64,000 nucleotides of DNA, from positions 16,569-80,568 of the forward strand of contig CAJWQJ010000009.1 in NCBI GenBank assembly GCA_913045315.1. The letters run 5' to 3'. Position numbers and translations under genes: made by a program. Each line of letters begins with the position of its first letter. The stretch's first letter is position 1. The notes under the pieces are model-generated. The model made no database searches and was not told the DNA's origin. It saw nothing but the letters and a program-made list of their open reading frames with translations. The stretch comes from an uncultured Chloroflexota bacterium. Lineage in GTDB: Bacteria > Chloroflexota > Dehalococcoidia > Lucifugimonadales > UBA1127. This document shows positions 30,066 to 41,068 of the stretch, one piece after another.

Positions 30066-30746
30066 TTATGAAGATAGAAATTCTTTAGATGGGCAAACTT
30101 CACCTAAAGGACATGTGTAACATAATGGACGTCTAGCCTTGCAAATCTCTCTTCCATGCTTAATAAATAAAACATGAAAAGAATAACGTTTATCTTCAAC
30201 GACTTGATTTTCAAGTAATACATGAGCATTATCAGCAGATACTTTCTCATCCAATAAGCGAAGTCTTTTGGAAACCCTATAAACATGAGTGTCTACAGGA
30301 ATAGCGGGCATTCCTAAGGAAAATGCTAAAACTACTGAGGCTGTTTTAGGTCCTATTCCAGGAATATCCATAAGCCATTTTCGAGCTTCATTTAAATCAA
30401 ATTTCTTTAAAAATGATAAATTTAAATTATTATTGTATTCATGGATATAACGAATTGTGTCAATAATCCGAATGGCTTTTTGATTATATAATCCTGCACT
30501 ATTGATAAGTAATTTTAATTTATCAATAGAAATACTAAGAATATCCTGCCAATTATCGATAGATTGAATTAATAAGTTATATGCTTTTTCGGCATTTTTA
30601 TCAGAAGTATGTTGCGTAAGGATAGTAAAAATTAATTCAGAAGTAGCATCATGACGGGGACTCCAGGCTATTTTTCCAAAAAAATCTTCAAGTAGATGAA
30701 GATATTTCATTGCAGTATTGTTGAGTATAATATTAGTATTTTTCAC
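30066..30746 (-). CDS. nth: Endonuclease III
   Basis: HhH-GPD IPGIGPKTA...PVDTHV; Fe-S motif CKARRPLCYTCPLGEVC. Confidence 0.9.
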   Translation of the reverse strand: MKNTNIILNNTAMKYLHLLEDFFGKIAWSPRHDATSELIFTILTQHTSDKNAEKAYNLLIQSIDNWQDILSISIDKLKLLINSAGLYNQKAIRIIDTIRYIHEYNNNLNLSFLKKFDLNEARKWLMDIPGIGPKTASVVLAFSLGMPAIPVDTHVYRVSKRLRLLDEKVSADNAHVLLENQVVEDKRYSFHVLFIKHGREICKARRPLCYTCPLGEVCPSKEFLSS

Positions 30747-30812
30747 GAAATTTCTCTATTATTTTTATAATATTTATTATCTTACAAAAATATATAAACA
30801 CGCAAAGGAGGA

Positions 30813-31754
30813 ATGTTGTCGTTTTGGGAAGTTGCTGAGAAATTAAAAAATGGTTTTAAAGAAATTCATTCATTAAGTCTATCTGATTTATCACACTTAG
30901 ATACAGAACAAGTAAATGAAGTTTCAGGAATTTGGAAAAAATTATCCCATAAAACAAAAGATAATTTATTATCTGAATTAATATTAATGAATGATTCATC
31001 CATACATTTTGATTTTAATTCGATCTTCCTTATTGCAATAAATGACGATGATGAAGATATAAGTTGTATTGCAATTTCAGGTTTATGGGAATATGAGCAT
31101 AGAGATTTAATTAATATATTAATTGATAAAATTCATTATCATCATTCAAATAAAGTGAAAATTGCATCAATTTTTGCCTTGGGCCGTTTCGCTACACTTG
31201 CTGAAGAAAATAAATTATCAACACATGATTTTAAAATTATAAAGGACATACTACTTCAGACTATTAGTAATGATGCAATACCTTATGATACAAAAAAAGA
31301 AGCATTTGAAGCTATATCAGTATTTAGCATTCCGGAAGTAGATGATTTAATACGTAATATGTATTATCAAGACAATACGTATTTAAAAAAAAGTGCAATA
31401 TTTGCTATGGGAAGAAATGGGAAGCTAGATTGGATACCCATTTTATTAGATGAACTTGATAGTGAAAACTATGAGATTCAATGTGAATCGATCAGGGCTT
31501 GTCAAGAAATTGGCGAAGAAAAATTTATTCCTTATCTTATTCCACTTCTGGATAGTGATGAAATTGAAGTAATTTTGACAGTTATTATTGCATTAGGAAA
31601 TATTGGTGGTGATTTAGCAAAAACAAGTCTGCAAAATTTAAAACATACAATTAATGCTGATTCTGATGATGGAGACATTTTGATTCAAGCTATTATTGCT
31701 TCACTTGAAATAATAGAAATTTCTCAATTTACACCAAATCGTGATGAGATATAA
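30813..31754 (+). CDS. HEAT-repeat protein
   Basis: Repeated A..ALG helical units (AISGLWE, SIFALGRF, AIFAMGR, IIALGNIGG). Confidence 0.8.
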   Translation: MLSFWEVAEKLKNGFKEIHSLSLSDLSHLDTEQVNEVSGIWKKLSHKTKDNLLSELILMNDSSIHFDFNSIFLIAINDDDEDISCIAISGLWEYEHRDLINILIDKIHYHHSNKVKIASIFALGRFATLAEENKLSTHDFKIIKDILLQTISNDAIPYDTKKEAFEAISVFSIPEVDDLIRNMYYQDNTYLKKSAIFAMGRNGKLDWIPILLDELDSENYEIQCESIRACQEIGEEKFIPYLIPLLDSDEIEVILTVIIALGNIGGDLAKTSLQNLKHTINADSDDGDILIQAIIASLEIIEISQFTPNRDEI

Positions 31755-32742
31755 TTAAATTACCATTTAATATTGCTAGTCTTGCAGCCCCATATAAGCT
31801 TGCATCTGAACCGAGTAGGCTAGGTATGATTAAAGTTTCTTTAGAATTAAACTCCATTGAATTTGCAGAAACAGATTCAGATATTATGGGGTATAATCTA
31901 TGAAATATATCTGATAGCCCTCCACCTATGATAAAGATATCTGGGTCAAATATATGTTTCAGAGTTGATATCCCTTTACCCATGTTCCATGCAGCATTAT
32001 CCAGAAGTTCTTTTGCCAATATATCACCTGAAAAATCTGCATGAACAATATCTTCACCTGATAATTGATTATTGTTATTTGTGTATATATCTTTAAGTAG
32101 GGAATGTTTCCCTTTATTTATATGATCCATTGCGAGTTTTACTAATGCAGATCCTGATACAAAAGATTCTAAACATCCAAACAGACCACAATTACATAAT
32201 GGACCACTTGGATCAATTAATATATGCCCAATCTCTCCTGCAAATCCGTTTTTACCAATCATTAATTTTCCATCTATAATGATTCCGCCACCAATTCCAG
32301 TACCCCAACTTAAAAAAATAATATTATTATAAATTTTGCCAATTCCATATTCGTATTCACCAAAAACAGCCAGATTAACATCATTTTGACTAAATATTTC
32401 TAAATCATTATTCAATATTGATATATGTGATTGAATTAATATTTCTTTTAGTAAGATTTCAGGAGAAATATTATTCCATCCAGGTAAATTCGGAGGAGAT
32501 ATTAATTTTTTGGAATATTTATCAACTGGACCTGCTAAAGATAGGGCAATTGATTTAACGTCAATATTGGGATGTCCATTCAATAATTCAATTGCTAAAT
32601 CCAACAAACGATCCATTGCTTGGTGAGGACCCTTTTGTGCAAAAGTAAATGTAGATTTTTTATCTACAATTATACCGTCTGTGTTAAATAAACCTATTCT
32701 GATATTGGTTCCACCAATATCAGCAGAAATTATCCCATTCAT
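31729..32742 (-). CDS. ROK family sugar kinase (glucokinase-like)
   Basis: DIGGT, ND.N, GTGIGGG, GEIGH, CNCGLFGCLE. Confidence 0.92.
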   Translation of the reverse strand: MNGIISADIGGTNIRIGLFNTDGIIVDKKSTFTFAQKGPHQAMDRLLDLAIELLNGHPNIDVKSIALSLAGPVDKYSKKLISPPNLPGWNNISPEILLKEILIQSHISILNNDLEIFSQNDVNLAVFGEYEYGIGKIYNNIIFLSWGTGIGGGIIIDGKLMIGKNGFAGEIGHILIDPSGPLCNCGLFGCLESFVSGSALVKLAMDHINKGKHSLLKDIYTNNNNQLSGEDIVHADFSGDILAKELLDNAAWNMGKGISTLKHIFDPDIFIIGGGLSDIFHRLYPIISESVSANSMEFNSKETLIIPSLLGSDASLYGAARLAILNGNLIISHHDLV

Positions 32743-32853
32743 GAAATACCCCGTAGATACAGAGATTATATATTTAGTTAATAAGCATATATAAAATCAA
32801 AATATAAACTATTATGCTTGACTAGTTCAATGATTCATAAATAGAATCGAAGC

Positions 32854-33285
32854 ATGGTTGAATATAATATTAAAGCAATATCCGCTGGTGGAGTAATTAC
32901 TCGAATTATTAATGGTGATGTAGAAACAGTTTTATGTAATAGGAAAGATAATGGTTTATGGTGCCTTCCAAAAGGAACACCGGAAAATGATGAAACAATT
33001 TCTCAGACTGCAATAAGAGAGGTCAATGAAGAAACAGGATTAAAAGTAATTATTAAATATCCTATAGGTGCTGTTCATTATTCTTTTTATCATGAAACTG
33101 ATAATACAACTATCAATAAAACTGTTCATTATTTCCTTATGGAAGCTATTGGCGGTAATTTGAATGATCATGATCATGAATTTGACGAAGTCCACTGGGT
33201 TGAATTTTCATTAGCATTGCAAATTATGACATATCCAAATGAAATTCAAATTCTTAAAAAAGCATATAAAAAGGTTACCTCCTAA
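32854..33285 (+). CDS. Nudix hydrolase (Ap4A hydrolase-like)
   Basis: SAGGV, LPKG...E....TAIREVNEETG, KTVHYFLM. Confidence 0.9.
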   Translation: MVEYNIKAISAGGVITRIINGDVETVLCNRKDNGLWCLPKGTPENDETISQTAIREVNEETGLKVIIKYPIGAVHYSFYHETDNTTINKTVHYFLMEAIGGNLNDHDHEFDEVHWVEFSLALQIMTYPNEIQILKKAYKKVTS

Positions 33286-33824
33286 TGCAAGAACAAATAT
33301 ATAATGGCTCGATAATAGATTTAAGGCCAAAACGTTTTACTGATGCAGCAAATGATTACCAATGGAGAGCGGATGAAGAATTAGCAACTCTTGATGCTAC
33401 TGTGCCAATAAGAATTGGATTTCAAGAATATCTAAGTAATTACCAAGAAGAAATTCAGTATAGAACCCCATGGTCTCGGAGATTTGCTATTGATACAAAA
33501 GATAACATGCACATAGGAAATTGCATGTACTATGACATCAACTATTCTTTTGGCAAAACTGAACTAGGAATTTTAATTGGGGATCGGGATTATTGGAATT
33601 CAGGTTATGGAACCGATGCTGTAAACACTTTGCTGAAACACATATTTAATGATACACCATTAGATTTAGTCTACTTACATACTCTTACATGGAATTATAG
33701 AGCTCAGATCTCATTTCAGAAAAGTGGCTTCGCTCCAACCAAACAAGTTAGACGATCTGGGCTCGATTTTATTTATATGGAAATTAACAGGGAACAATGG
33801 TCAGATTCAAATGAATTTAGATAG
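33285..33824 (+). CDS. GNAT N-acetyltransferase (RimJ/RimL-like)
   Basis: ELGILIGDRDYWNSGYGT, N.RA...F.KSGF; TAATG coupling to the Nudix gene. Confidence 0.88.
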   Translation: MQEQIYNGSIIDLRPKRFTDAANDYQWRADEELATLDATVPIRIGFQEYLSNYQEEIQYRTPWSRRFAIDTKDNMHIGNCMYYDINYSFGKTELGILIGDRDYWNSGYGTDAVNTLLKHIFNDTPLDLVYLHTLTWNYRAQISFQKSGFAPTKQVRRSGLDFIYMEINREQWSDSNEFR

Positions 33825-34236
33825 GTAATTCTATTACTCCGCTTCCAGTAGTAGTTCTTTCCATACTACTGTTTTCCACCCAAAGGGAACAATACACAAT
33901 CATCGAATTAGGTAAGGATTCAATTTTATTTACCTTTCCGGTTATAATTAATTCATCCCCTGGAATATCCATACCTTTATATTGGATAGATAATTTTAAT
34001 AATTTTCCTTTTGGTTCCATCCATTTAGTGATAAGTTCTCCAAAAAATGCTGCTTTAAGAGCACCATGAACAATGACTCCTGGTAAATTATTTTTTTGCG
34101 CTACATCTTTATCATAATGGATTTCATAATAATCAAATGATGCCCCAGCGTATTGAACAAGTTGTCGGGTTGAAGGATTTTTATATAATTTAGGTAATTC
34201 CATACCAATATATATATCATCTAAATTAATATTCAT
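33817..34236 (-). CDS. MaoC-like hot-dog dehydratase, catalytic subunit
   Basis: YAGAS.D...IHYD and VHG hydratase-2 motif. Confidence 0.85.
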   Translation of the reverse strand: MNINLDDIYIGMELPKLYKNPSTRQLVQYAGASFDYYEIHYDKDVAQKNNLPGVIVHGALKAAFFGELITKWMEPKGKLLKLSIQYKGMDIPGDELIITGKVNKIESLPNSMIVYCSLWVENSSMERTTTGSGVIELPI

Positions 34237-34245
34237 AATTTTCTC

Positions 34246-34698
34246 TTAATACTTTATATAAGTAAATTTTTGAGTTGCAATTAATACATTATCTTGATTT
34301 GAATATGAAGTTTGTCCGATTACAAAAACCGATGTGCCAACTTTTGTATTTCGTTGGGTTACAGATTTAATAATTGTACTTGAAGTAATTGTATCTCCTA
34401 CAAAGACATTCATAATGTATTCCCATTCGCTACCACCATCTAGGATGTTTTCTAATTGAATCAATTCTGAAGGATTAGGAGGAGCAGGGTCCATACATCG
34501 TAGAAATGTAGGTGGTGCAATAATATTTTTGTAACCTAAAGATTTGGCATATTCGATATCAAAATAAACAGGGTTATCGTCGCCAATAGATTCAGCGAAT
34601 CGTTGAACATGACCTTTTTCTACAATTAAAGTTGATAAATTAGGTGGACGTTCAAGAAGCATTTTTATTGCATCATTAGTTAATACAAATTCTTTCAT
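34246..34698 (-). CDS. MaoC/FAS1-like dehydratase N-terminal-type subunit
   Basis: FAESIGD.NPVY, APPTF, LDGGSEWEY. Confidence 0.85.
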   Translation of the reverse strand: MKEFVLTNDAIKMLLERPPNLSTLIVEKGHVQRFAESIGDDNPVYFDIEYAKSLGYKNIIAPPTFLRCMDPAPPNPSELIQLENILDGGSEWEYIMNVFVGDTITSSTIIKSVTQRNTKVGTSVFVIGQTSYSNQDNVLIATQKFTYIKY

Positions 34699-34743
34699 AT
34701 AGCCATCCAGTTATTCAAATATATTAGTTAATAAATCAACTAA

Positions 34744-34786
34744 ATACAAAAGAGGCAGAATAGATTTTATCCTGCCTCTTTTGTAT
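34744..34786 (-). terminator. Intrinsic terminator downstream of groEL
   Basis: Inverted repeat ATACAAAAGAGGCAG / CTGCCTCTTTTGTAT just after the groEL stop. Confidence 0.85.
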
Positions 34787-34806
34787 CGATTATCATATGT
34801 AATGGA

Positions 34807-36441
<1,635 letters not shown>

Positions 36442-36480
36442 TTACATTCATAAAATATATCAAAAGTGTATAAAAATTTA

Positions 36481-36774
36481 TTAAGAAATTTTTGCTAAAA
36501 CGTCGCGTTCGTTAAGAATAAGAAGATCATCACCATCTTCCTTAAGTTCTGTGCCACCGTATTTGGAATACAGTACTATATCACCAACCTTAATATCTAA
36601 TGCAATACGTTTGCCTTCATCTGTTAATCTTCCTTCACCAACAGCAATAACTTCACCCTCCTGAGGTTTTTCAGTTGCTGTATCAGGTAAGTAGATTCCT
36701 CCAGAAGAAACTTCTTTTCTTTCAACTGGTTTAACCAGAATTCGATCGTTCATTGGAATAAATGTTCGACCCAT
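36481..36774 (-). CDS. groS: Co-chaperonin GroES
   Basis: P..DRILV, GGIYLPDTA.EKP, YSKYGGTE; start moved to MGRTF (36774) behind GGAGGGG. Confidence 0.97.
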   Translation of the reverse strand: MGRTFIPMNDRILVKPVERKEVSSGGIYLPDTATEKPQEGEVIAVGEGRLTDEGKRIALDIKVGDIVLYSKYGGTELKEDGDDLLILNERDVLAKIS

Positions 36775-36814
36775 TTCCCCTCCTTCATAATTTGTTTCAG
36801 ATATATCAGCATCT

Positions 36815-36841
36815 TTAGCACTCACGCATTAAGATTGCTAA
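36815..36841. promoter_or_regulatory. CIRCE element (HrcA operator)
   Basis: TTAGCACTC-N9-GATTGCTAA, one mismatch to TTAGCACTC-N9-GAGTGCTAA, between promoter and groES. Confidence 0.93.
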
Positions 36842-36851
36842 CAACCTTTCT

Positions 36852-36880
36852 ACGATAAGTCTAATATCAAATTGTGTCAA
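36852..36880 (-). promoter_or_regulatory. Sigma-70 promoter of groESL
   Basis: TTGACA-17 nt-TATCGT on the minus strand just upstream of CIRCE. Confidence 0.75.
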
Positions 36881-36956
36881 GAGTATTTCCTATCTAGACG
36901 AATACAAAAGATAAATATCGTTTGTATATTAAACCTTAGACTATATCCAAGCTCAA

Positions 36957-36992
36957 ATAAGTATTATAATCGATAAGTATTATAATACTTAT
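36957..36992. repeat. 14-bp direct repeat plus perfect 20-bp palindrome (putative operator)
   Basis: ATAAGTATTATAAT at 36957 and 36973; ATAAGTATTATAATACTTAT (36973-36992) is its own reverse complement. Confidence 0.75.
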
Positions 36993-37018
36993 TTATTGAG
37001 AATGAATTTGGAGCTTAC

Positions 37019-37420
37019 ATGACTGAACAAACGAGTTTACCATGTAGAAATGTTTACTGCAGGCTCCCAAATCTTGTTAAACGTTCGGTTAAAAGTGATA
37101 AGCCTTGTCGAATCATCGTTACTATTCCAGCTACTGATGAAAGCAAATCCACTTCAATATTAGAATGCCCGCTTTGTGGTAGTTTATTCCATAAGGTTAA
37201 CAATGAAGAATTAAAAAATGAATTACTTAATCGTGGTATTCCAATTGAAGATTTAGAAGCTTTAAATTGGAATGTTATTCCTGAATCAGCTCGTGAAATA
37301 CTTAAAACTGGAAGTATTTCTCAAGTTAACTCCATAATAAATTCTGCTTTAAAGAACCGTCTTGAATATATTGGTAAAGACATAACACTAATTGATGGAA
37401 CTACCTATTTTCGTGATTGA
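37019..37420 (+). CDS. Hypothetical Cys-rich (putative zinc-ribbon) protein
   Basis: 133-aa ORF with GGAG SD; CRNVYC, C, CPLC. Confidence 0.7.
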   Translation: MTEQTSLPCRNVYCRLPNLVKRSVKSDKPCRIIVTIPATDESKSTSILECPLCGSLFHKVNNEELKNELLNRGIPIEDLEALNWNVIPESAREILKTGSISQVNSIINSALKNRLEYIGKDITLIDGTTYFRD

Positions 37421-37446
37421 TATAACTTATATTGCTGAACTAGAAA

Positions 37447-37701
37447 CTACTCATCTATATTGACTGTGTATTTTTCAATGATTGTATTTGCAAGTAACTT
37501 TTCACACATATCAATAGCAATTTCATAAGCATGTTCTCGAGAGTTTGCTTCTAATGAGATCTCTATAAATTTTCCTACACGTACATTTTCTAAAAAAAAT
37601 CCTAACGATTGTAAAGCAGATTTAACAGTAATACCTTGAGGATCGTTAACAGTTGGCTTTAAAAAGATATTAATATTGGCATTATAGATTTCTATGGCCA
37701 T
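37447..37701 (-). CDS. purS: Phosphoribosylformylglycinamidine synthase subunit PurS
   Basis: LKP.V.DPQG, VRVGK, MCEKLLAN.IIE.Y. Confidence 0.95.
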   Translation of the reverse strand: MAIEIYNANINIFLKPTVNDPQGITVKSALQSLGFFLENVRVGKFIEISLEANSREHAYEIAIDMCEKLLANTIIEKYTVNIDE

Positions 37702-38327
37702 GGATCACCTCCAGCATCGCAAATTGGAGCATCGTTATCCGGGCCTAGACCACGATACCAATAAGAAAACTCTTCCATAAGTGCTAAATTAATTTCAGGT
37801 AAATTAAGTAGAACACCCCATGCAGTTAAAGTAATTTTAGATTCCATGTCATCTCTAGGAGCAAGAATATATTGATTTGGCCAACCAGGTAGATCAATTA
37901 CTGACTCCTCAAGTTCAGATTGAATATCTGAATCCCCAGAATCATAGTTGATTATTACATATCCATTTTCAAGATTTTGAACATGTATTTCATCTTGAAT
38001 TGGAGAATCATAAATTCCACACTCAACCCATTTGGGAGCATGTTTTCCAGAGGTTGGAGGATTAGAATTATAGTATCCAACTTCAGCAAATTCGCCTAAT
38101 ACAAAATGTTCAGTTCCTTGTATATCAAAATTTTCACCAGGACCAGTAATTTTTCTATCAGAAGATCGATCCAAAAATGGTAAACTAGGCACTATCAATC
38201 CACCTATAATAATTAAACTTAATGAACCAAGTCCGAATAATGCTAGCCACCGACGGAATCTTGATTTTCGATCGCTACGAATTTTTCTAATTTTTCTTTT
38301 CTCAGTTTGAGAAATTTTATCAGCCAA
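37692..38327 (-). CDS. DUF3105-like membrane-anchored protein
   Basis: Basic N-terminus plus one TM helix; YNSNPPTSG.H, NLE.G, LTAWG. Confidence 0.75.
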   Translation of the reverse strand: MADKISQTEKRKIRKIRSDRKSRFRRWLALFGLGSLSLIIIGGLIVPSLPFLDRSSDRKITGPGENFDIQGTEHFVLGEFAEVGYYNSNPPTSGKHAPKWVECGIYDSPIQDEIHVQNLENGYVIINYDSGDSDIQSELEESVIDLPGWPNQYILAPRDDMESKITLTAWGVLLNLPEINLALMEEFSYWYRGLGPDNDAPICDAGGDPWP

Positions 38328-38336
38328 AAAAAACTC

Positions 38337-39230
38337 CTAAAGCAATTCTTTTCCAGTCAATAGATAATGAGCCTGTAAGTATCTGTGTCGAGTGTTATCA
38401 ATAATTTCAGGGGGTAAATTAGGAGCCGGAGGATTTTTATCCCACCCTATGTTCACAAGCCAGTCACGTACAAATTGCTTATCAAAATTTGGAGGGCTAG
38501 TACCAATTTCATATCCGTTTTTGTCCCAGAAACGACTAGAATCAGGGGTTAAAATTTCATCAATAAGTATTAATTCATCATCTAAAAACCCAAATTCTAA
38601 TTTTGTATCAGCAATAATTATTCCTTTTTGGCCAGCAATTTTTTCAGCATGATTATATAGATTAATAGTGGAATCCTTTAATCTCTTAGTAAGTTCGTTT
38701 CCAATCTGGTCTGAAAGTTCTTGAATTGTAAGGGGTTCATCATGTCCAGAATCAGCTTTGGTAGTAGGAGTAAATAAAGGTTCATCAAATTTGAATCCTT
38801 CTTGCAATCCATCTGGGAAAGGTTGGCTATTAATTGTTCCAGTTTTTCGATATTCAGCCCAAACTGAACCAGTAAGATAACCTCTAGCAATACATTCTAT
38901 ATCAATTCTTTCAGCTTTCTTGATTATAATGGAACGCTCAGCTATTTCAGAATCGATTTCAGGAAGTAACTTAGAAATTTCTAATGATGCATTATCTATT
39001 CTTGAAACAAAATGGTTCTTAATTATGGAATTTGTTTGTTCAAACCAGAAACAAGACATACTGGTGAGTATTTTTCCTTTGTCTGGAATACCGTCAGGCA
39101 GAACAACATCAAAAGCAGAAATTCTATCCGTTGCAATCATAAGTAATAATTCATCGTTCAACGAATATGTATCTCTAACTTTGCCTTTACTAAAAGAATT
39201 CGGAAGGTTCGTATGTATTAATGCAACCAT
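38337..39230 (-). CDS. purC: SAICAR synthetase
   Basis: GKVRD, TDRISAFD, ADTKLEFG, DEILTPDSSRFW, DKQFVRDW. Confidence 0.97.
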   Translation of the reverse strand: MVALIHTNLPNSFSKGKVRDTYSLNDELLLMIATDRISAFDVVLPDGIPDKGKILTSMSCFWFEQTNSIIKNHFVSRIDNASLEISKLLPEIDSEIAERSIIIKKAERIDIECIARGYLTGSVWAEYRKTGTINSQPFPDGLQEGFKFDEPLFTPTTKADSGHDEPLTIQELSDQIGNELTKRLKDSTINLYNHAEKIAGQKGIIIADTKLEFGFLDDELILIDEILTPDSSRFWDKNGYEIGTSPPNFDKQFVRDWLVNIGWDKNPPAPNLPPEIIDNTRHRYLQAHYLLTGKELL

Positions 39231-39235
39231 ATCAT

Positions 39236-40534
39236 TTAATTTCTTTCTATATTTATTCGTTCAAATATACTCTCAACGTACTTTAAATAATAATTATAAT
39301 CAAAGAGCTCATCTAAGTCGTCAGCAGTTAAGACATTAGTGACAGATATATCATTTTCTATATTATCACGAAATTCTTCTTGACTATCCCAAGACTTGTG
39401 AGCATTTCTCTGAATAATCTCATAACCATCTTCTCGGGACATACCTGCATCCAGTAATGCTAATAAAACTCTCTGTGAAAAAACAACCCCTTTTGTTAAT
39501 TTAAGATTCCGAAGCATGTTTTCAGGAAAAACTTTCAAACCTGAAATAACATATTTGGAAATATCAATTATATAATCAAGAGCTAAACATGAATCTGGTA
39601 AAATGATTCTCTCTGCCGAAGAATGACTTATGTCTCTTTCATGCCAAAGAGCCACATTTTCCATAGCTGTAATAGAATTTCCACGAATTAACCTTGCAAT
39701 TCCACAAACTCGTTCAGTTAATTCAGGATTTCTCTTATGTGGCATTGCAGATGAACCGGTTTGACCTTCACCAAAAGGCTCCTCTGCTTCACGCACTTCA
39801 GTTCTTTGTAAATGTCGTATTTCTAAAGCAAATTTTTCTAGACTTGCAGCAATCAATGCAAATGTACTCAAAAGAAAAGCATGTCTATCTCGTTGAACTA
39901 TTTGATTCGAAATAGGATCAGGTTCAATTCCTAGAGTTTCACATGTAAATTTCTCTATATCTGGATTTAACGTTGCATAAGTTCCGACAGCTCCTGATAT
40001 TTTACCTACTGAAATTTGCTTATTTGCTAAGTCAAGTCGTTCGATACATCGACCAAGTTCAACCCACCAATTCGCTAATTTTAATCCGAAAGTGATTGGT
40101 TCAGCATGAATCCCATGTGTTCTGCCAATCATAATAGTTTTTTTGTATTCAATACTTCTTAACTTAACTACATTACGTAATTCAATAAGTGCTGTTCTTA
40201 TAATATTAACTGACTCTTTAAGTTGTAGGTTTTGAGCAGTATCAATAACATCATTAGATGTTATTCCAAAATGGATCCATCTACCTTCATCTCCCATATG
40301 ATCAGTTATTGATCGAGTAAACGCAGTCATGTCATGACGCGTAATTTCAAATATTTCGTTCATTCTTAGTGGGTCATAATAAGAATTTCGTAATAATTCC
40401 CATTCACTTAAAGGGATTACACCTTGACGATGCCATGCTTCACAAACTGCAATTTCAACATTAAGCCATAATTCGTATTTATGACTTTCGGACCATATAA
40501 ATTTCATTTCGGGCCGTGAATATCGATCAATCAT
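39236..40534 (-). CDS. purB: Adenylosuccinate lyase
   Basis: GRTHGIHAEP, GSSAMPHKRNP, ERDISHSSAER. Confidence 0.97.
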   Translation of the reverse strand: MIDRYSRPEMKFIWSESHKYELWLNVEIAVCEAWHRQGVIPLSEWELLRNSYYDPLRMNEIFEITRHDMTAFTRSITDHMGDEGRWIHFGITSNDVIDTAQNLQLKESVNIIRTALIELRNVVKLRSIEYKKTIMIGRTHGIHAEPITFGLKLANWWVELGRCIERLDLANKQISVGKISGAVGTYATLNPDIEKFTCETLGIEPDPISNQIVQRDRHAFLLSTFALIAASLEKFALEIRHLQRTEVREAEEPFGEGQTGSSAMPHKRNPELTERVCGIARLIRGNSITAMENVALWHERDISHSSAERIILPDSCLALDYIIDISKYVISGLKVFPENMLRNLKLTKGVVFSQRVLLALLDAGMSREDGYEIIQRNAHKSWDSQEEFRDNIENDISVTNVLTADDLDELFDYNYYLKYVESIFERINIERN

Positions 40535-40575
40535 TATATTGCTTTCTAATAATATTTAAATATCTATCGGTTAGC

Positions 40576-41046
40576 TTACCGACTTCTTAAACTTTCTCTG
40601 TGTGCATTATACTTTTCTAAAATTTGTGGGTTATTTAAACCTAAAATACTTGCAGCAAAGTAAGCAGAATTTCTTGCACCCCAAGAACCTAAGGCAACAC
40701 ATGCTACAGGAACACCAGGAGGCATTTGAACAATACTGTATATTGAATCTATACCTTTCACATCACTTGATGGATAAGGTACGCCTATAACTGGTAACAG
40801 AGTCCATGAAGAAACAACACCAGGTAATGCAGCAGAACCACCAGCTCCAGCAATAAAAACCTTAACTCCCATATTCTCTGCATCTTGAATCCAAGAATGT
40901 AAACGTTCCGGATCACGATGAGCAGAAACCACTTCGGATATATATGGAATATCAAGTTCTTCTAGAACAGATATGGTTTGCTTAACATAATCTTCGTCTG
41001 ATTTACTACCACACACAACTGCAACTAATGGATTTGAATGATTCAT
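40576..41046 (-). CDS. purE: PurE (N5-CAIR mutase / AIR carboxylase)
   Basis: GSKSD, SAHR.P, LPVIGVP, SIVQMPPGVPVA. Confidence 0.96.
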   Translation of the reverse strand: MNHSNPLVAVVCGSKSDEDYVKQTISVLEELDIPYISEVVSAHRDPERLHSWIQDAENMGVKVFIAGAGGSAALPGVVSSWTLLPVIGVPYPSSDVKGIDSIYSIVQMPPGVPVACVALGSWGARNSAYFAASILGLNNPQILEKYNAHRESLRSR

Positions 41047-41068
41047 TGTTTCCTGCCTTTATATATAT

